A DNA stretch of 64,000 nucleotides from Octopus sinensis (Eukaryota). Positions 1-13,542 of the stretch are shown here, piece after piece (position 1 is the stretch's first letter; each line of letters begins with the position of its first letter). The translations under genes were made by a program, and so were the position numbers. Location: NCBI RefSeq assembly GCF_006345805.1, contig NC_043004.1, positions 47,554,001 to 47,618,000 on the forward strand, written 5' to 3'. The notes beneath the pieces were generated by a model. The model saw nothing but the letters and a program-made list of their open reading frames with translations, was not told where the DNA came from and searched no databases.

Positions 1-104
1 CTTCTCGGTAGCACTGCCAGGCCAGGGATCTCTGGAAGTTGTCCATGGGCCCTGGCCCGAAAGTCGTCCCGAACAGGCGGGTCAGGTACTTCTCGTCGAC
101 GTCC

Positions 105-106
<2 letters not shown>
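1..106 (-). CDS. 5' part of a protein-coding exon of an unidentified gene (MDVDEKYLTRLFGTTFGPGPMDNFQRSLAWQCYRE...), open to the window edge
   Basis: ATG at 106-104 on the minus strand, with no stop through position 1. Strongly GC3-biased codons (GAC GTC GAC GAG AAG TAC CTG ACC CGC CTG TTC) in an otherwise AT-rich window. Protein not recognised. Confidence 0.7.
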
Positions 107-158
<52 letters not shown>

Positions 159-196
159 TTGTGTGTGCGCGTGTTTGTGTGTGTGTGTGTGTGTGC
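107..196. repeat. (AGAT)n then (GT)n microsatellites directly upstream of the putative start codon
   Basis: Direct reading of the sequence. Confidence 0.95.
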
Positions 197-3100
197 ATGT
201 GTCCGTGTCGTTGGGAAGAAAAGAGAAGTCATATAGCAAAAAAGTTACTGGAAGATCAGAAATTATATTATTAGAAAAATCATACATATCCACCTTTAGA
301 CTTCAGATTATGGCCAAAGTCGTAGCATGTAAAACATGATTGGTGATATGTCGAATAATCGGAATAATAAAACCAGAAAATCGATAATAAATGCAGATAT
401 CGGAATTTCCTACTCAACAAATACGCAATCATTAGTCGACGTTCTATTTTACACTTGTTTAAAATGATATCACAAATATGTTGCTATATATTCTCAGTTC
501 CATTGCTCGGATGTGTTATTAATCACCAATGTCGTTGTGTGCGTGTATACTTCTGTGTGATTGTGGATGCCTCTGGGTGTGTCTGTGTGCGTGCGTGTGT
601 GCCTGTGTGTGTGCGTGTGTGTTTTCTTAGTTTATTGAAGCTATGCTAATTTCTTCCTCGAGTTTCACCTAAGAAATATTCCATTTTCGGTTTGTTTTTC
701 TCTCTCTTTTTCTTTTTTTTTTTGGTTCTTTGCTTGTTTAGTATGAATAGAACAACACAGTTTCAAAAAATAATTGTGTTTGAAAGTTTGTTTAACGAGA
801 ACTCGGAATAGATTCATTCGTGAATAAACCGGAAACATCAGTCAGTAATAAGTGTTATAAATCAAAAATTCATACTCATTATTTGATAAGAAATATAAAG
901 AGACTTTCTATCTACTTCGATCTCACTTCAGTATTTTAACATAATATTTTTTTCTTCATTTTGATTTTTAGTTGCGATGTTGGTCTGTATTTTTTGCATC
1001 AATTTTTTTCAATAGAAAACTCAGGTAATGACTGTTTTTACTGTAAGTGCGAAATTTAATTGATTTCTTAATATTTTTTCTTCTCTTCGTTAGCTTCTTT
1101 TCGCTAGTTATAATTGATTCGTATTTGCTTTTGTCCATTCTTCGTTTCGTGCTTGTTTGTTAAGTTGCTTCGTTTCATTTGGTATATTTGATTCCGTTCC
1201 TGGAATCTATATAAATAGGTTCTTGGTAAAAACAGAGTTGTTGAAATCGTTGTCAATTAAAAATTAAACACATTGTACTTACAAACCATAGTCCTCATTC
1301 AAATTCGTTGCCTCAGTAGTTTTCCGCTAACTCTGGACAATAAGCTTGTCTGTAAACATAATAGAATAATGTCTTCTTATATAAAATGTGTATGACCTTT
1401 AGAGATACGAACATTTTGAAATGGATACACGAAGTAGGAGAATCAGCAGCAGCGACGACATCATCATCATTATCATCAGCAGCAGCAGCAGCGATAGTGG
1501 TAGAATTTCTTTTTTCTTTTTGTTTCGGTCGTTATGTTAGGAATGTCTGCTAATGAGGAAGATTTGGACTTTTATTTCAGTAGTTTTAGTGACGATGTCT
1601 GTAGTGGTGTTGGCGCCGGTAGTGATGGCATTGGTGATGGTCGTTTGGGTTTTTTGTTGTCTTCTAAGTACAGCGATGTTTGTTGAAGTATTATCAAACG
1701 AAGATGTTAGTTGTGGGAATGGTGGTTATGTTACAAGGGTGTAAAATGCTATATTGTGACGGCTTGTGACAAATGTCAAAGTTAGTCATGGTGATAGTTA
1801 CACTGATGCTGATAGTGTTGTGAAAATGGAGCAATGGTTCACATTCTTTACTAGTGATATGTAGGAGTACATTATCTAAGACCTTCTTTATTTAAAACAA
1901 GGGTTCACATGATCCTTGGAGGTCCGCATGACCACTGGGTGTTCATATATGATTTTGCTGTTAAATTTTTCGTGCGATAAACTGGTTATATTTCTGAAAA
2001 ACCCAAACATTTTTTTTTTATTTTCTCATATTAATTCCTAATATCTAATTACAGAAATATGATGTAGTTTTTTAAAACATCGAATAGGTATGGGGGTCCA
2101 GGGGAGTAAAATACAAGTCAAATAGGTCCATAAGCAAAAACTGGTAGATAAACACTGATTCCAAACCTTAGAGTGTGCTTTGAAGTAGATTTGGCTGGTA
2201 TTTCTAGCAGATTGGGTTACCATGTAAGAGTGATCTCGATGTTACAAATATGAGTAAAGACAAGCGGTAGGTGGAAGCGACGTTGTTATTGATAATGGTG
2301 GTGGATTAGGAAGTGCTGCCTCGTTGTTATTGATGTTATTAGTATAGTGGTAAACTGTAGTGTTGGTTTTGCTCTTGTTGGAGGTGTTGGTTGTGTTGGT
2401 GGTGCTATTACTAATAATAGTATTGTACTAAAATATAGTAGCAATCTTTTGGCGACGATATTGTTCTAGGTAAAATTTAGTAGTAAAATATAGTGTTAGT
2501 GATGTTGCTACTCCAAAATACGAGTAGCTTTTGTTGGTAGTGATGTTCACTTAGTTTGCAATTCTGTTGCCAATGTCCTTTGACACTAATGATAATAGCG
2601 ATGGAATTTGCAATGTTGGTGTTGTTGGTTGTTTGTGGCTGGTGGATAGTGTTGATGGTGACGTTGAGCCGTGATTGTTCTAAAGATGAAACATCATTTG
2701 TAACATAGAACAAACTGTCGAAAGTTGAATAACATATCTCTTATTAAGCCAAAGAACAAGTCATTAGCAAGCGACGAGTCATTATGGTACTGTGAAAATA
2801 AATAAATTGATTGATTGATCGATCGATCTTAACTTTTTACGGTAGAGCACAGCTTAAAGAGAGCTACTGCTTTCATTTTTTTAAAATAAAATTGTACATT
2901 ATTGATTAAATTTTACAATGAACAATGCCAGTATTTGTAGTTCAGTGTGTATAGACAATTGAATAAATTATCATTCAATATTATTTCTACTTATTTAATT
3001 AAAAACTCAATTACTGGAAGGTAAATTAAGCCTGTGTGCAATCTGAATTGAAAACGCAAAACTAAAATAAAATGTGAAGTATTAATTCCTGTTCTTTTAT

Positions 3101-3336
3101 ATAACAGTGAACTACAATCTAGTAACTGAAGTAATTTTGATCATATTATTATACAGAAAACATAAAATAATTAGTTTACTTGATTGATTATAACCTTAGG
3201 TGTATGCTAGGGTACTGTATTATTCGAGTGAGGCATAAAACCTCTCATAATTCAAGCTACCCTTTGCCCTTTAAATATTCAGGTAATGAAATGAAGTGTT
3301 ATTGTAAGTTAGATAAAATGTGACGGAACGTATATA

Positions 3337-3483
3337 TCAGGCATGACAACCTTTTTCGAGTACAGGACTCCAAATGACATAGCTCATCATTATCAGGCGG
3401 GTCGCAATACTAAAATATTCAGGGTAAATTTTCTTCGGTTTTCCATTCAGGAAGTCCTGCGGGCCGCAGTTTAACCAGGACGC
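3337..3483. mobile_element. Possible hAT-type MITE remnant
   Basis: CAGGCATGACAACC start, plus GCGGGTCGCA and GCGGGCCGCAGTTT motifs resembling hAT/Charlie-type non-autonomous elements. Termini degraded. Confidence 0.3.
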
Positions 3484-4512
3484 TATATTTGAATAATTCT
3501 TGTATATGATTTGAAATATTTCAAATAATTTGAAGATAATTATGAGACATAGCTCAGTAAAAAATGGAACACTTTCTGGAAATCCTGACTGTACTTGGTA
3601 TCACTTTCACGTTCTATATATCGATCCTATTCTTGATAAGAGATAGTACTTTATCACGGGAAACATTTAACGCACCATGCCGTTAAAAATTACATTAGCC
3701 TGCACTAAAGCAGTGTCTACAACATTTATTCAGCCGGCCTCAAATAGAGCCAAATCTTGTTCAAATCAAACGCTATTGCCTTAAGAATAAGGAGGATACA
3801 TTAGATAATGCAGTCCTAAATATATTTTTAAAAAGTAAGAAGCATTGATCTTTGTTAAAATCTCTTTAAACGAATGCTTTTGACCTGAAATATATTTTAC
3901 AATAAGTATAGTATGTCTTTAAAACAAATGTGAAGATATGACAGTTCCGTTCCGATTCACCTCATTCCACTTTTTAGGTGTAGTTTGCCCAAAAGCAAGG
4001 AAATCTTTAAATATAGATTCTACATAACTGAGAAACACCTTGTACATGTAAAACTCGAAAATAGTTTTGTATACAAAATATATACACGGGTGCGTGTATG
4101 TTTACGCATGCGCGTGTAACGTTGTTTATGCGAAGAGGCGGTAGCGTGTCGGACAGAACGTGTTGTGACGTTTGTTCCGGTTATTAAAGTTATGAGTTCA
4201 AATCCGTTCAAAGTCAACTTTTGTCCTTTAACATTTCAGACTAATAGATCCCTCAGTGCAGAGCCAGCTCTCCGTCACACATTAGATATCCTGCAGCAGC
4301 AGCTATGAGAAAACCAAGAAGAATCGCTGACTCATCTCAGCTTCATGGGCGTTTCAAAAAATAGCAAACGTAAGACATATGCTCGACTGAGGTTGGCGGC
4401 CATCTTTTTTTTATATACGCATGTGTGTGTACGTGTGTACGGGTGTGCGTACGTGCATGCTTGGGTGCATGCGTATGTGTGCTTATTTGATTTTCTAATT
4501 GAAATTTAGATC

Positions 4513-4912
4513 AAACTAGCAGTATCGTTCGGCGTTGCCCGGGTTTGTAAGGGAAATAACTATATAAGCATTTTTAGAGAGTTATAGCCAAAAATAGCAA
4601 AAAAATGCATTAAAAATGGAAAAAGAATTATGGTAATTTTTTTTTTAAATCGTTGACTCATCGTAGACATTTTTAGAGAGCTACTTCCCTTATATAATAG
4701 CGAGAAAATGCATTAAAATAGAAAAAATTATGGTAAATTTTTTTTTTAATCGTAGACTCATCGTAGACGCGCGCTAATACGCAGAAGGGCTCGATATGAA
4801 TCACGACTATAAGATACCCGGTTTTGGTTAAACTGAACCGCAAAATGTGGGAGTAGTTACGAATCTAAATCGTAGGAGACAGACACACAACTTCACTTTT
4901 ATATATAAAGAT
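4513..4912 (+). mobile_element. Helentron-associated/DINE-1-like non-autonomous element
   Basis: Starts AACTAG followed by a short GC hairpin (TCGGCGTTGCCCGGG), has an internal diverged tandem duplication of about 100 bp (about 4566-4767), and ends CACTTTTATATATAAAGAT. Confidence 0.65.
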
Positions 4913-5673
4913 ATCTTGCGATAGACATGTCTTTTAGCAGAATGTATTTTAATTTTAAAAGAGTTTTGGCTATATTACTTCTTAATTAAATAGAGTGCAT
5001 TACGGTAGAGCTAACATATTGGAAACTTGTGTCGCTTGAAATTGTTCAGGTTAATTCTTACGTAATAAGTATTCTCTATAAAAGCATCGTTTCTCAAGGC
5101 ATCATTATTTTAATTTTAAAATGGTTAAATTATTGAAAACGCATAAAAACGAACCTCCATATTCTTCGAATAATACTTAAGATGCCTGGCGGTTGTGTCA
5201 TCATCATCATAGTATAGCTTTATATTATTCCATATTCAATTGATAATGTCAAGGATTGTAACCATATTTATGAAACAACGACTGTGTAAAGCTGCGAGAC
5301 TTTTGTAATCGTCCAATCAAATTATTTGTACAGTTTAATAAAACCTTTTTCTAAATTTGTCCTTGTGATGCATATGCATTACTAATGATAATTTAACAAT
5401 CAAATTAATATATTCCGGTGAATCTGCTCCGGAAGCTTATACAGATGAAATGTGAAATATAGAATCCAATAGTTTAGTAAATCGGGCTAAATACAATCAT
5501 GCACAACATACAGAAGCACGCACGCGCGCATACACATACATAAATCCATGCAAACGTACGTATGTATGCATATATATATATGTATATATACATATATGTA
5601 TATATGTATATATATATACATACATATAGATATGTATATATATATACATACATATAGATATGTATATATATAA

Positions 5674-6013
5674 GGCGCATGGCTCAGTGGTTAGAGCGTC
5701 GAGCTTACGATCGTGAGGTTGTGAGCTCGAATCCCGGACCGGGCTGCGTGTTGTGTTCTTCAGCAAGGCACTTTATTTTCACGTTGCTCCAGTTCACTCA
5801 GCTGTAGAAATGAGTTGCGACGTCACTGGTGCCAAGCTGTATCGACCTTTGTCTTTCCCTTGGATAACACTGGTGGCGTGGAGAGGGGAGGTTGGTATGC
5901 ATGGGCGACTGCTGGTCTTCCATAAACAACCTTGCCCGGACTTGTGTCTAGGAGGGTAACTTTCTAGGTGCAATCCCATGGTCATTCATGACCGAAGGGG
6001 GTCTTTACCCCTT
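5674..6013 (+). mobile_element. tRNA-derived SINE (family A)
   Basis: tRNA-like head with A box (TGGCTCAGTGGTTAGA) and B box-like GCTCGAATCCC, followed by a conserved body (CAGCAAGGCACTTTATTT...CCAGTTCACTCAGCTG). Confidence 0.85.
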
Positions 6014-6055
6014 TATATATATGTATATATATATACATATATATGAGTATATATA

Positions 6056-6114
<59 letters not shown>

Positions 6115-6139
6115 CTGCATAGATGGGCACAGGCATATA

Positions 6140-7236
6140 CTCTCAGAACTACTCTAATAGCTTAAGAGTGAAATTTAGGATTTTTCCGTTTTCTTCGAAT
6201 CGCTTTTGATAAAACTATTCTCAGCTGGTTTGCTCACTATGGCAACACCATTGTTATGTTTTCATTATACGATGTAACGTACTTTATTTTTTAATTTCAG
6301 AGTCTTCAGTATGTGGCTGAACCACGCTAATAGCTTTTAAATGAAAATAGCCCATCTATTTGTATGCCGTAAGAATTTTTGAGTGGTCCTTGCAGAGTGG
6401 GAGAGAGCAAGAATACGAGATTCCTTAAACGTGACAAGCAGTATGTCAGCTAGCCAGGGATCTATGACCTCTTTCATGAGTTGGCTGCAGTCACATTGAC
6501 TGGGACAACAAGTCTGTCCCCAATGATACCAGTCCCCAACATGATCCCCCACGCTTCTGTTGACGTCGAAGATGTTGGTGAGGCTCATCTTCAAAATAGG
6601 TCCAGCTATTTACCCAACTGTCAGGTCTGTCGAAAGTTGCTCTGGTTTCGTCAGTGAACAGAACACAACTCATGTCTAATGAAATGTAGTTTTGAGCCCA
6701 TTGAAGCCTCAAACACCTATTATGGTGCGTTAAAGGAGGCAGTTTCAGGGTTCATCGCACGGAAGCAATTTCTGGTGTTTTCGTTACATGAGGAAGTCCA
6801 GAGGCGTGGAAAAGTGCTTTGCTTGTTTGTCCAGGTTTTCCACGTATCTTGCGGCCAATATCCCTTAAATTCTCAGCTGTAACAGTCTTGGGGGTCTCAC
6901 AATCAGATCGGTTTTTCCTTGGCGAATGGTCCATCAGGAAACGCCTTACCATGTCCACATGACGACCTAACTTCTCTGCAATGACATCAAGAGAGGTACC
7001 TTAAGCACATTCCTTGATGATGACAGACTTTTCTTCATCGTTTAAGTCCTTTTCCACGTCCTATTATTCTTAGAGATGAGTGACGTTCTTAGCGTGGTTC
7101 ACCCAAAAACTGAAGAATCTGAAAGAGAAAGAAGTGATGTAACACAGAACATAACAATGGTGTTGCTGGGTAAAGATTTATCAAAATCGGGAAATCTTAA
7201 AATTTCACTCCTACGATGTTTCCGTGGTTCTAGGTG
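6140..7236 (-). mobile_element. Decayed Tc1/mariner transposon with long imperfect terminal inverted repeats
   Basis: Minus-strand frameshifted transposase pieces: ...SVIIKEC-GTSLDVIAEKLGRHVDMVRRFL (HTH), VLFTDETRATFDRPD, SHSARTTQKFL. Inverted repeats at about 6166-6260 and 7148-7210. TA at both flanks. Confidence 0.8.
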
Positions 7237-7298
7237 TACATCATTATATCATTACATATGGGGAGCCGTATTTACACTAGATGCATTACGACACAGTT

Positions 7299-7360
<62 letters not shown>

Positions 7361-7409
7361 TGTGTGTGTGTGACAGAGAGTGTGTGTGTGCGTGTGTATA
7401 CATAAGACA

Positions 7410-7451
<42 letters not shown>

Positions 7452-7655
7452 TCTTTTATCTCTCTTTCAATTATTGGACTGCCGAAACACGTGTTACTAA
7501 TATTTTTTTTTTTTAAAGCGTTGTACTTGTTCTATTGGTTTCCTTTGCTGGGTTATGATGATGTAAACACATCAACACTGGTTGTCAGGGCATGGTGGTG
7601 GACAAACACGAACACACAGACAGAGAAACAGCCGGACACATCCACATACGCACAC

Positions 7656-7808
<153 letters not shown>

Positions 7809-7812
7809 CATA

Positions 7813-7854
<42 letters not shown>

Positions 7855-7859
7855 ACAGC

Positions 7860-8258
7860 AAATTAGCTATTTAAGAGATGAGAGCAGTAGCTATTGAGAG
7901 AATTAATGCTTGTTACCACTTAAGCATGACTGGTCAGTAGTAACCACTGACATTGCTAATTTTAACCCCAGGAGGACACCTCCTTCAGTTGGTTATTCGA
8001 TACCATTTACAGCCAATATATAATGCAAGCAGGGGGCTGAATCCCTGCAATGTCACCAGACCGTAAGTTTTCTACATCTTTGTGCTCATTTTCGGTAATG
8101 GATAATCTCCTGCTAGAGATAACTGCAAGAGGTGACCTTGCGGGCTTTTAAAAAAAGCAGTAGCATCGATTCCTACGAAATAGCCAGGTTTAAGTAGCGA
8201 CAAGTATTAATTCTCTGAGTAGTTACTGCTCTCATCTCTTAAGTAGTTAATTTCCCAC
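7860..8258. mobile_element. MITE with about 53-bp terminal inverted repeats
   Basis: 7861-7913 (AATTAGCTATTTAAGAGATGAGAGCAGTAGCTATTGAGAGAATTAATGCTTGT) is the near reverse complement of about 8200-8252. Confidence 0.75.
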
Positions 8259-8904
8259 GGAGAGAGACTGAAGCAAAAGCAATGTGGTGGGAATGTATAC
8301 TTCTTAACACACAACCGTCCCTCACCCTCTATATTTGTATAATATTCTTTTCCGTTCTATTACCTTATATTATATTATTATATTGCTTCACCGGTAGATT
8401 TTTGTAGTGCTTCTACTACAATGTTTATTCCTAAAACTAATTTCAATGCAAACTCGCCTCAGAAGGACGCAAGAATAGCGTATCAAAAGATTTCAAGGGA
8501 AAGAATAAATATGACTAAAGACGAGAAACCACAAACTTAACGTGTGACTGAAATTTAATAAAATTACCCTTCCAACATACAAATGTCTTGCAGGACAGAA
8601 TCAAATGAATACACACAGATGAACGAGGATTATTTTGACCGCAGTAATCAAATGTTACTCACACCTAGTCGGCATTTAAACTCAGAATGGAAATGGTTCA
8701 AATTCTGTCGACAACACCTTTATCGTTCATCCTTTCGAGCTACAAAGCTATCTACATTTCGCACATACTCTGTATGATAAGAGGTTACTTGATACGTTCA
8801 GCTGCAGTACTTGACATATACTTTGATGAAAAAAATGTAAAACGGAAATTAAACTCCGGAAGTGAAGAGGGTGGAAATACTGCTGGGCATTTTTTCCGAC
8901 GTGC

Positions 8905-9473
8905 TTCATCATCATCATTTTTCGACATTGGTCGAGACAATGGAATTTACCATGCTACGCCAGACTTCACGGTTCATCATAGCATTACGGAGGTCCTGTT
9001 GCTGGATGCCTGTATCCCTGGAGATTACATCAGGGTAGGACAGTGTGCGCCCTCTGGTATTGTAAGTAGATTGTTTCCAGAGGAGAAGAGTAGAAATTGC
9101 CTCGTTTTCAGCTCTACAACAATGTCCAGCAAACTGGACTCTCCTACCTTTCACAAGCGATGACACAGGTGGTAGTTTCCCATATATTTGCATTTTGATT
9201 GGATGGCGCTTCTACGAGAGATTTTGAGCTCTCATAAGGAGGCGAGTGTAGGTTTCATCCAACCGCCTCTCAAGCTTCTTTGATAACGTCCAGGTTTATG
9301 AGCCATATAGTAGAATTGGTTCGACTGTGGCTTTGAAGATTTCAAGTTTGAAGTCTCTACTTAGATTTGATAACCAGATCTTATGCATGTCATTACAGGC
9401 TGACCAAGCCATAGTTAGAAAATCTTTTCCAGATGATGATACGTATGACCCAAGATATTTGAAATCAGAAACC
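8905..9473 (-). mobile_element. 5'-truncated RTE-clade LINE (end of RT and C-terminus)
   Basis: Minus-strand QIYGKLPPVSSLVKGRRVQFAGHCCRAENEAISTLLLWK...DLRNAMMNREVWRSMV, an upstream KYLGSY-type RT motif and an (ATG)n tail. A second copy lies at 62600-63240. Confidence 0.85.
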
Positions 9474-9666
9474 ATATTTAAGGGCGCATTGTTGAGAGTA
9501 TGGATGATGCAATCACGTGCTTACGATACTGTTACAAAAGAAAATATTCTTCCTGATGTTCTACCGATTTTAACACTCAGTCAAATAACGGAATGAGAAT
9601 ATTATTTTCTTTAATGATACACGTACAAACATATATGCGTATATAAATATATGCATATACATATAT

Positions 9667-9797
9667 GTGGCTGCATGGTAAGAAGTCACGCTTCCCAACC
9701 AAAAGGTTCTGCGTTCAGTCCCACTGCAAGTCTTCTACTATAGCGTGTCTTGTACTATAGACAGAAACAAGCCCATATAGAAAGAAGCCCGTCGTAA

Positions 9798-9852
<55 letters not shown>

Positions 9853-10076
9853 TGTGTGTGTGTGTGTGTGTATTTGTGCCTATGTTTTACCCCACCCACC
9901 ATCACTTAATAGCCGGTGTTACGTCCCTGTAGCCTAGCGGATCGGCGATAGTGAATGATAGAATTAGAATTAGGTTTAGAAAGAATGAGTCCTGTGGTCG
10001 ATTTCTTCGACTAAAATAACCTTTAAGGCGGTGATGCAGCATGACTGCCGTCAAATGACTGAAACAAGTATAAGAA
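9667..10076 (+). mobile_element. tRNA-derived SINE (family C, internal microsatellite), degraded
   Basis: Head GTGGCTGCATGGTAAG...GTTCAGTCCCACTG and tail GGCGGTG...GTCAAATGACTGAAACAAGTA, shared with 17943-18446 and 29432-29848. Confidence 0.8.
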
Positions 10077-10084
10077 TATATATA

Positions 10085-11320
10085 CAGGATTTGGACAAGA
10101 TAATGGCAACACCTAGCATCATAACATCATAATTTTGAAATATCTATAAAACCGTCAAAACTTGAGTATTTTTATATTTTTTTTATTTATTATTAGTGTA
10201 GCTTAATATGCTTTGATAAAATTGCTTTTTATTTTCAGATATCATAAAAAAAGGTAAATAAAATTCAAAGAGTTCAAATTGTTGGTGCTCGTATGACAGG
10301 CGCTAGCGTAGCGAAAACAGCCGAAATGTTTGGTGTATAAAAAATTACTGTATCGAAAGTAATGACAGCCTTTGAGAAAGGGGGAAAACCTCCTCGTCGA
10401 AACAAATCTCCTGAAGAAAAACAAAACTTTCAGATAGGGACCGTCGGACTCTTACGCGAATTGTTAGAAAGGATTACAAAAGTACAGCTCCCAAAATTAT
10501 TGCTGAGCTTAATGACCACCTCGAAAATCTAGTTACCACAACAACTGCTCGACGGCAGCTGCTCAAAGCCGAATTTCACGGGAGGGCTGCATTCAGAAAA
10601 CCACCACTTTCAAAAACAAACGTTGCAAAGAGTGGAGTAAAAACCTACATAATTGTCCTTAGAGCAGTGGGAAAATGTTATTTTCTCGGACGTGTCATCT
10701 CTTACCTTATTTCCGACCACCGGCCGAGTATACGTGTGGAGACAGCCAAAAGAAGCATTTGACCCAGACGGTTCTCTTCCAACTGTTAAACAGGGAGGAG
10801 GATCTGTGATGATCGGTGGGTAGGCTCTATATCTTGGAAATCCACCGGCCCAATGGTTTCCCTTCATGACAGAATTAATAGTGAAGGCTATTTAAGCATT
10901 TTATTTGATCAAATTCATCCTATGGTTGCGAAACTGTTTCCAGAGGCAAACGCAATCTTCCAGGATGATAATGCACCAATTCACACAGCTAAAGTTGTAA
11001 CTGAATGGCATGAGGAACATTCTAGTAAAGTTGAACATCTTATCTAACACAGTCCCCAGATCTCAATATCAATGAAGATGTATGGTGCATTTTAGAAAAA
11101 CAAGTAAGGAGTCGATATCCCCCACCATAATCACTACAAGAACTGGAGGTTGTTTTGGCTGAGGAATGGACAAAAATTCCTTTGGAAACAATTCAAACTT
11201 TGCACGAGTCCATACCTCGTAGAATTCAAGTTGTAATTACTGCCAAAGACGGTCGTATCTCATATTAAAATACATTTGTTTGAAATTTTAAGGTGTTTTC
11301 ATTATTTTATCCAAGTCCTG
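10085..11320 (+). mobile_element. Near full-length Tc1 (DD34E-type) transposon with a pseudogenised transposase
   Basis: About 30-bp TIRs CAGGATTTGGACAAGATAATGGCAACACCT / AGGTGTTTTCATTATTTTATCCAAGTCCTG with TA at both ends. Frameshifted ORF with ASVAKTAEMFGV, VIFSD, GGGSVM, FQDDNAPIH and SPDLNI motifs. Confidence 0.92.
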
Positions 11321-11889
11321 TATATATAGAGAGAGAGGGAAAGGGAGGGAGAGTGATACAGACGGACATGGCATGTTTCACATCTGTTGCTCAGCAAGAT
11401 TATTTCGAAATCAATTAATTTAGATGATGAGGAAACACAAATGATTGAAACATAATGAATACATATATAACTGTAAGTAACTTACGATATAAATATAAAT
11501 GTACACAATGCATTTCCTTAAATAAAACCAAAAATCTTATGACATTAGATGGAACAGTAAATATAATATTGAATAATTCTGAAAATGTATTAATATAATC
11601 TAAAATTAAAATACAAAGGAAAATTGTGGTATTTACCCGTTCGCAAGAAAAAAAAATTCTTTCAAAAATGTTGACGAATTCATAAATGATTGAACGTAAA
11701 ATGTAAAGAAATATCATATGGCTTTTATTAAGAAACTATATAACAATAGCTTGCTAATTGGTAATATTCCATTCAATTACTGTAGTTCTAGATTCAGTTT
11801 AACAAACAAAAAGTAGATGAGAAAATATCAGCGTGCTATGTAATGTCTTCAATTTAAAGAAAAACAAATTAAATGTTGTTTTGGTATAC

Positions 11890-11972
<83 letters not shown>

Positions 11973-13049
11973 TGTATGTATGTATGTGTGTATGTATTTA
12001 TATGAATATATATATATATTCATATATAAATATATATACACATATATATATACACACAGACACACACACATATATAAATATATATATATATAGATAGATA
12101 GATAGATAGATATAATTATAGATATAGATAGATATAGATAGATATATATATATATACATATATACACACACACATACATTTTATATATACATACATACAT
12201 ACGTGCATACATATATACATACATACATACATACATACATACATACATACATACATACATACATACATACATACATACACACATACATACATATACTGTA
12301 TGGAAGGAAGATATGCTGCAAGCAAATATTAGACGATTAAAATAATAATAATACAAATGGAAAATTTTAATGAAGGTATAAAATGTAGTTTTAAATATTT
12401 CATACATTATTTAAGTAATACGTATGTCTTGTTTTGACTGTTATTTTTTTTTAATCATGTATAAATCAGGTATTTGCATTTGCCAAAGAAATGTTCAAAG
12501 TATTCATTCATTCTCTCGCATTTACACAAGAGCACGAGACACGCCAATTTTGAAAATGTGTTGACTACGTGAGATATTCTTACGATATCTAGCAAATGTC
12601 TTTCTATTCAGCTGCCGCAATAATTTACCTGCCATTTCCCATTAATGCTTTCTTACATTAGTTATTCCATATAGGTAACGTTGGATCTTTTCGGTTTGAA
12701 CGGCAGTTTTTAACATAATTTCTTGGTAAATTAAAAAATTTTAAACTTCGTATACTGATATAATGTGTTTATAAAACATCTTTTTCTCTTGGCTTCATTG
12801 AGAAAATTCTATAGTTTGTAAGATATTTGTTGTTTTTTTCTTCAATTTCTGCAATTTCAACCAATCAAATACCTCTATTGAAGTAAAAACATCCTGTGCC
12901 GTATGAAAATGTCCTTCGTTTAAGAAACAGATTGGGTTTATTTACATTTGTGAAGTAAAAAGATAACCTTCCCCCACCCCTAACCCTAACTTTAATCCTA
13001 AAACAAATTGAAATGCAATAGATGAATACTAGGGTCATAATTATGTTTT

Positions 13050-13267
13050 AGTCATTATATGGTGGCCATTGTTTGGCACAGGCTTGAATAATATTTAGTC
13101 GAGCTAATAGACTCCAGTATTGATACTTTTTAAATCCTGGTACTTATTCTACACGTCTCTTTTGCCAAGGTGCGTAGACGTAAGTACACCAGCACCGGTT
13201 GTCCAGCAGTGGTAGTGGGGGACAACACAAACATAACGACACACAGACGCAAACACATAGATAGATT

Positions 13268-13300
<33 letters not shown>

Positions 13301-13301
13301 C

Positions 13302-13340
<39 letters not shown>

Positions 13341-13370
13341 TTAGATAGATAGATAGATAGATAGATAGAT

Positions 13371-13423
<53 letters not shown>

Positions 13424-13542
13424 CATATCTGACGGGCTTCTTTCAGTTTCGATCTACTAAATCCACTCACAAGACTTTGCACGGCCGGAGCCTATACCAG
13501 AAAATATGCGATTAAGAAGCAACTTTCTTACCATACAGTCAC
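13050..13542 (-). mobile_element. Degraded family C SINE with internal (AGAT)n
   Basis: GACGGGCTTCTTTCAGTTTC...AAATCCACTCACAAG and GGTACTTATTCTA...TCTCTTTTGCC segments match other family C copies. Confidence 0.7.

Noticed and set aside
815-850. GAAAC-ATCA-GTC hammerhead-like 3' half
   Set aside because: No CUGANGA-type core or matching stem I upstream.
11361-11398. Minus-strand CTGAGCA-ACA ga TGT-GAA-ACATG c CATGT-C motif
   Set aside because: C3 and C8 cannot pair, the stem II loop is 2 nt and stem I is poor; may be chance.
12632-13045. CCCTAACCCTAA motif (also reversed near 17600) suggesting interstitial telomere
   Set aside because: Only about two units, embedded in what looks like a non-autonomous repeat; not a telomeric array.
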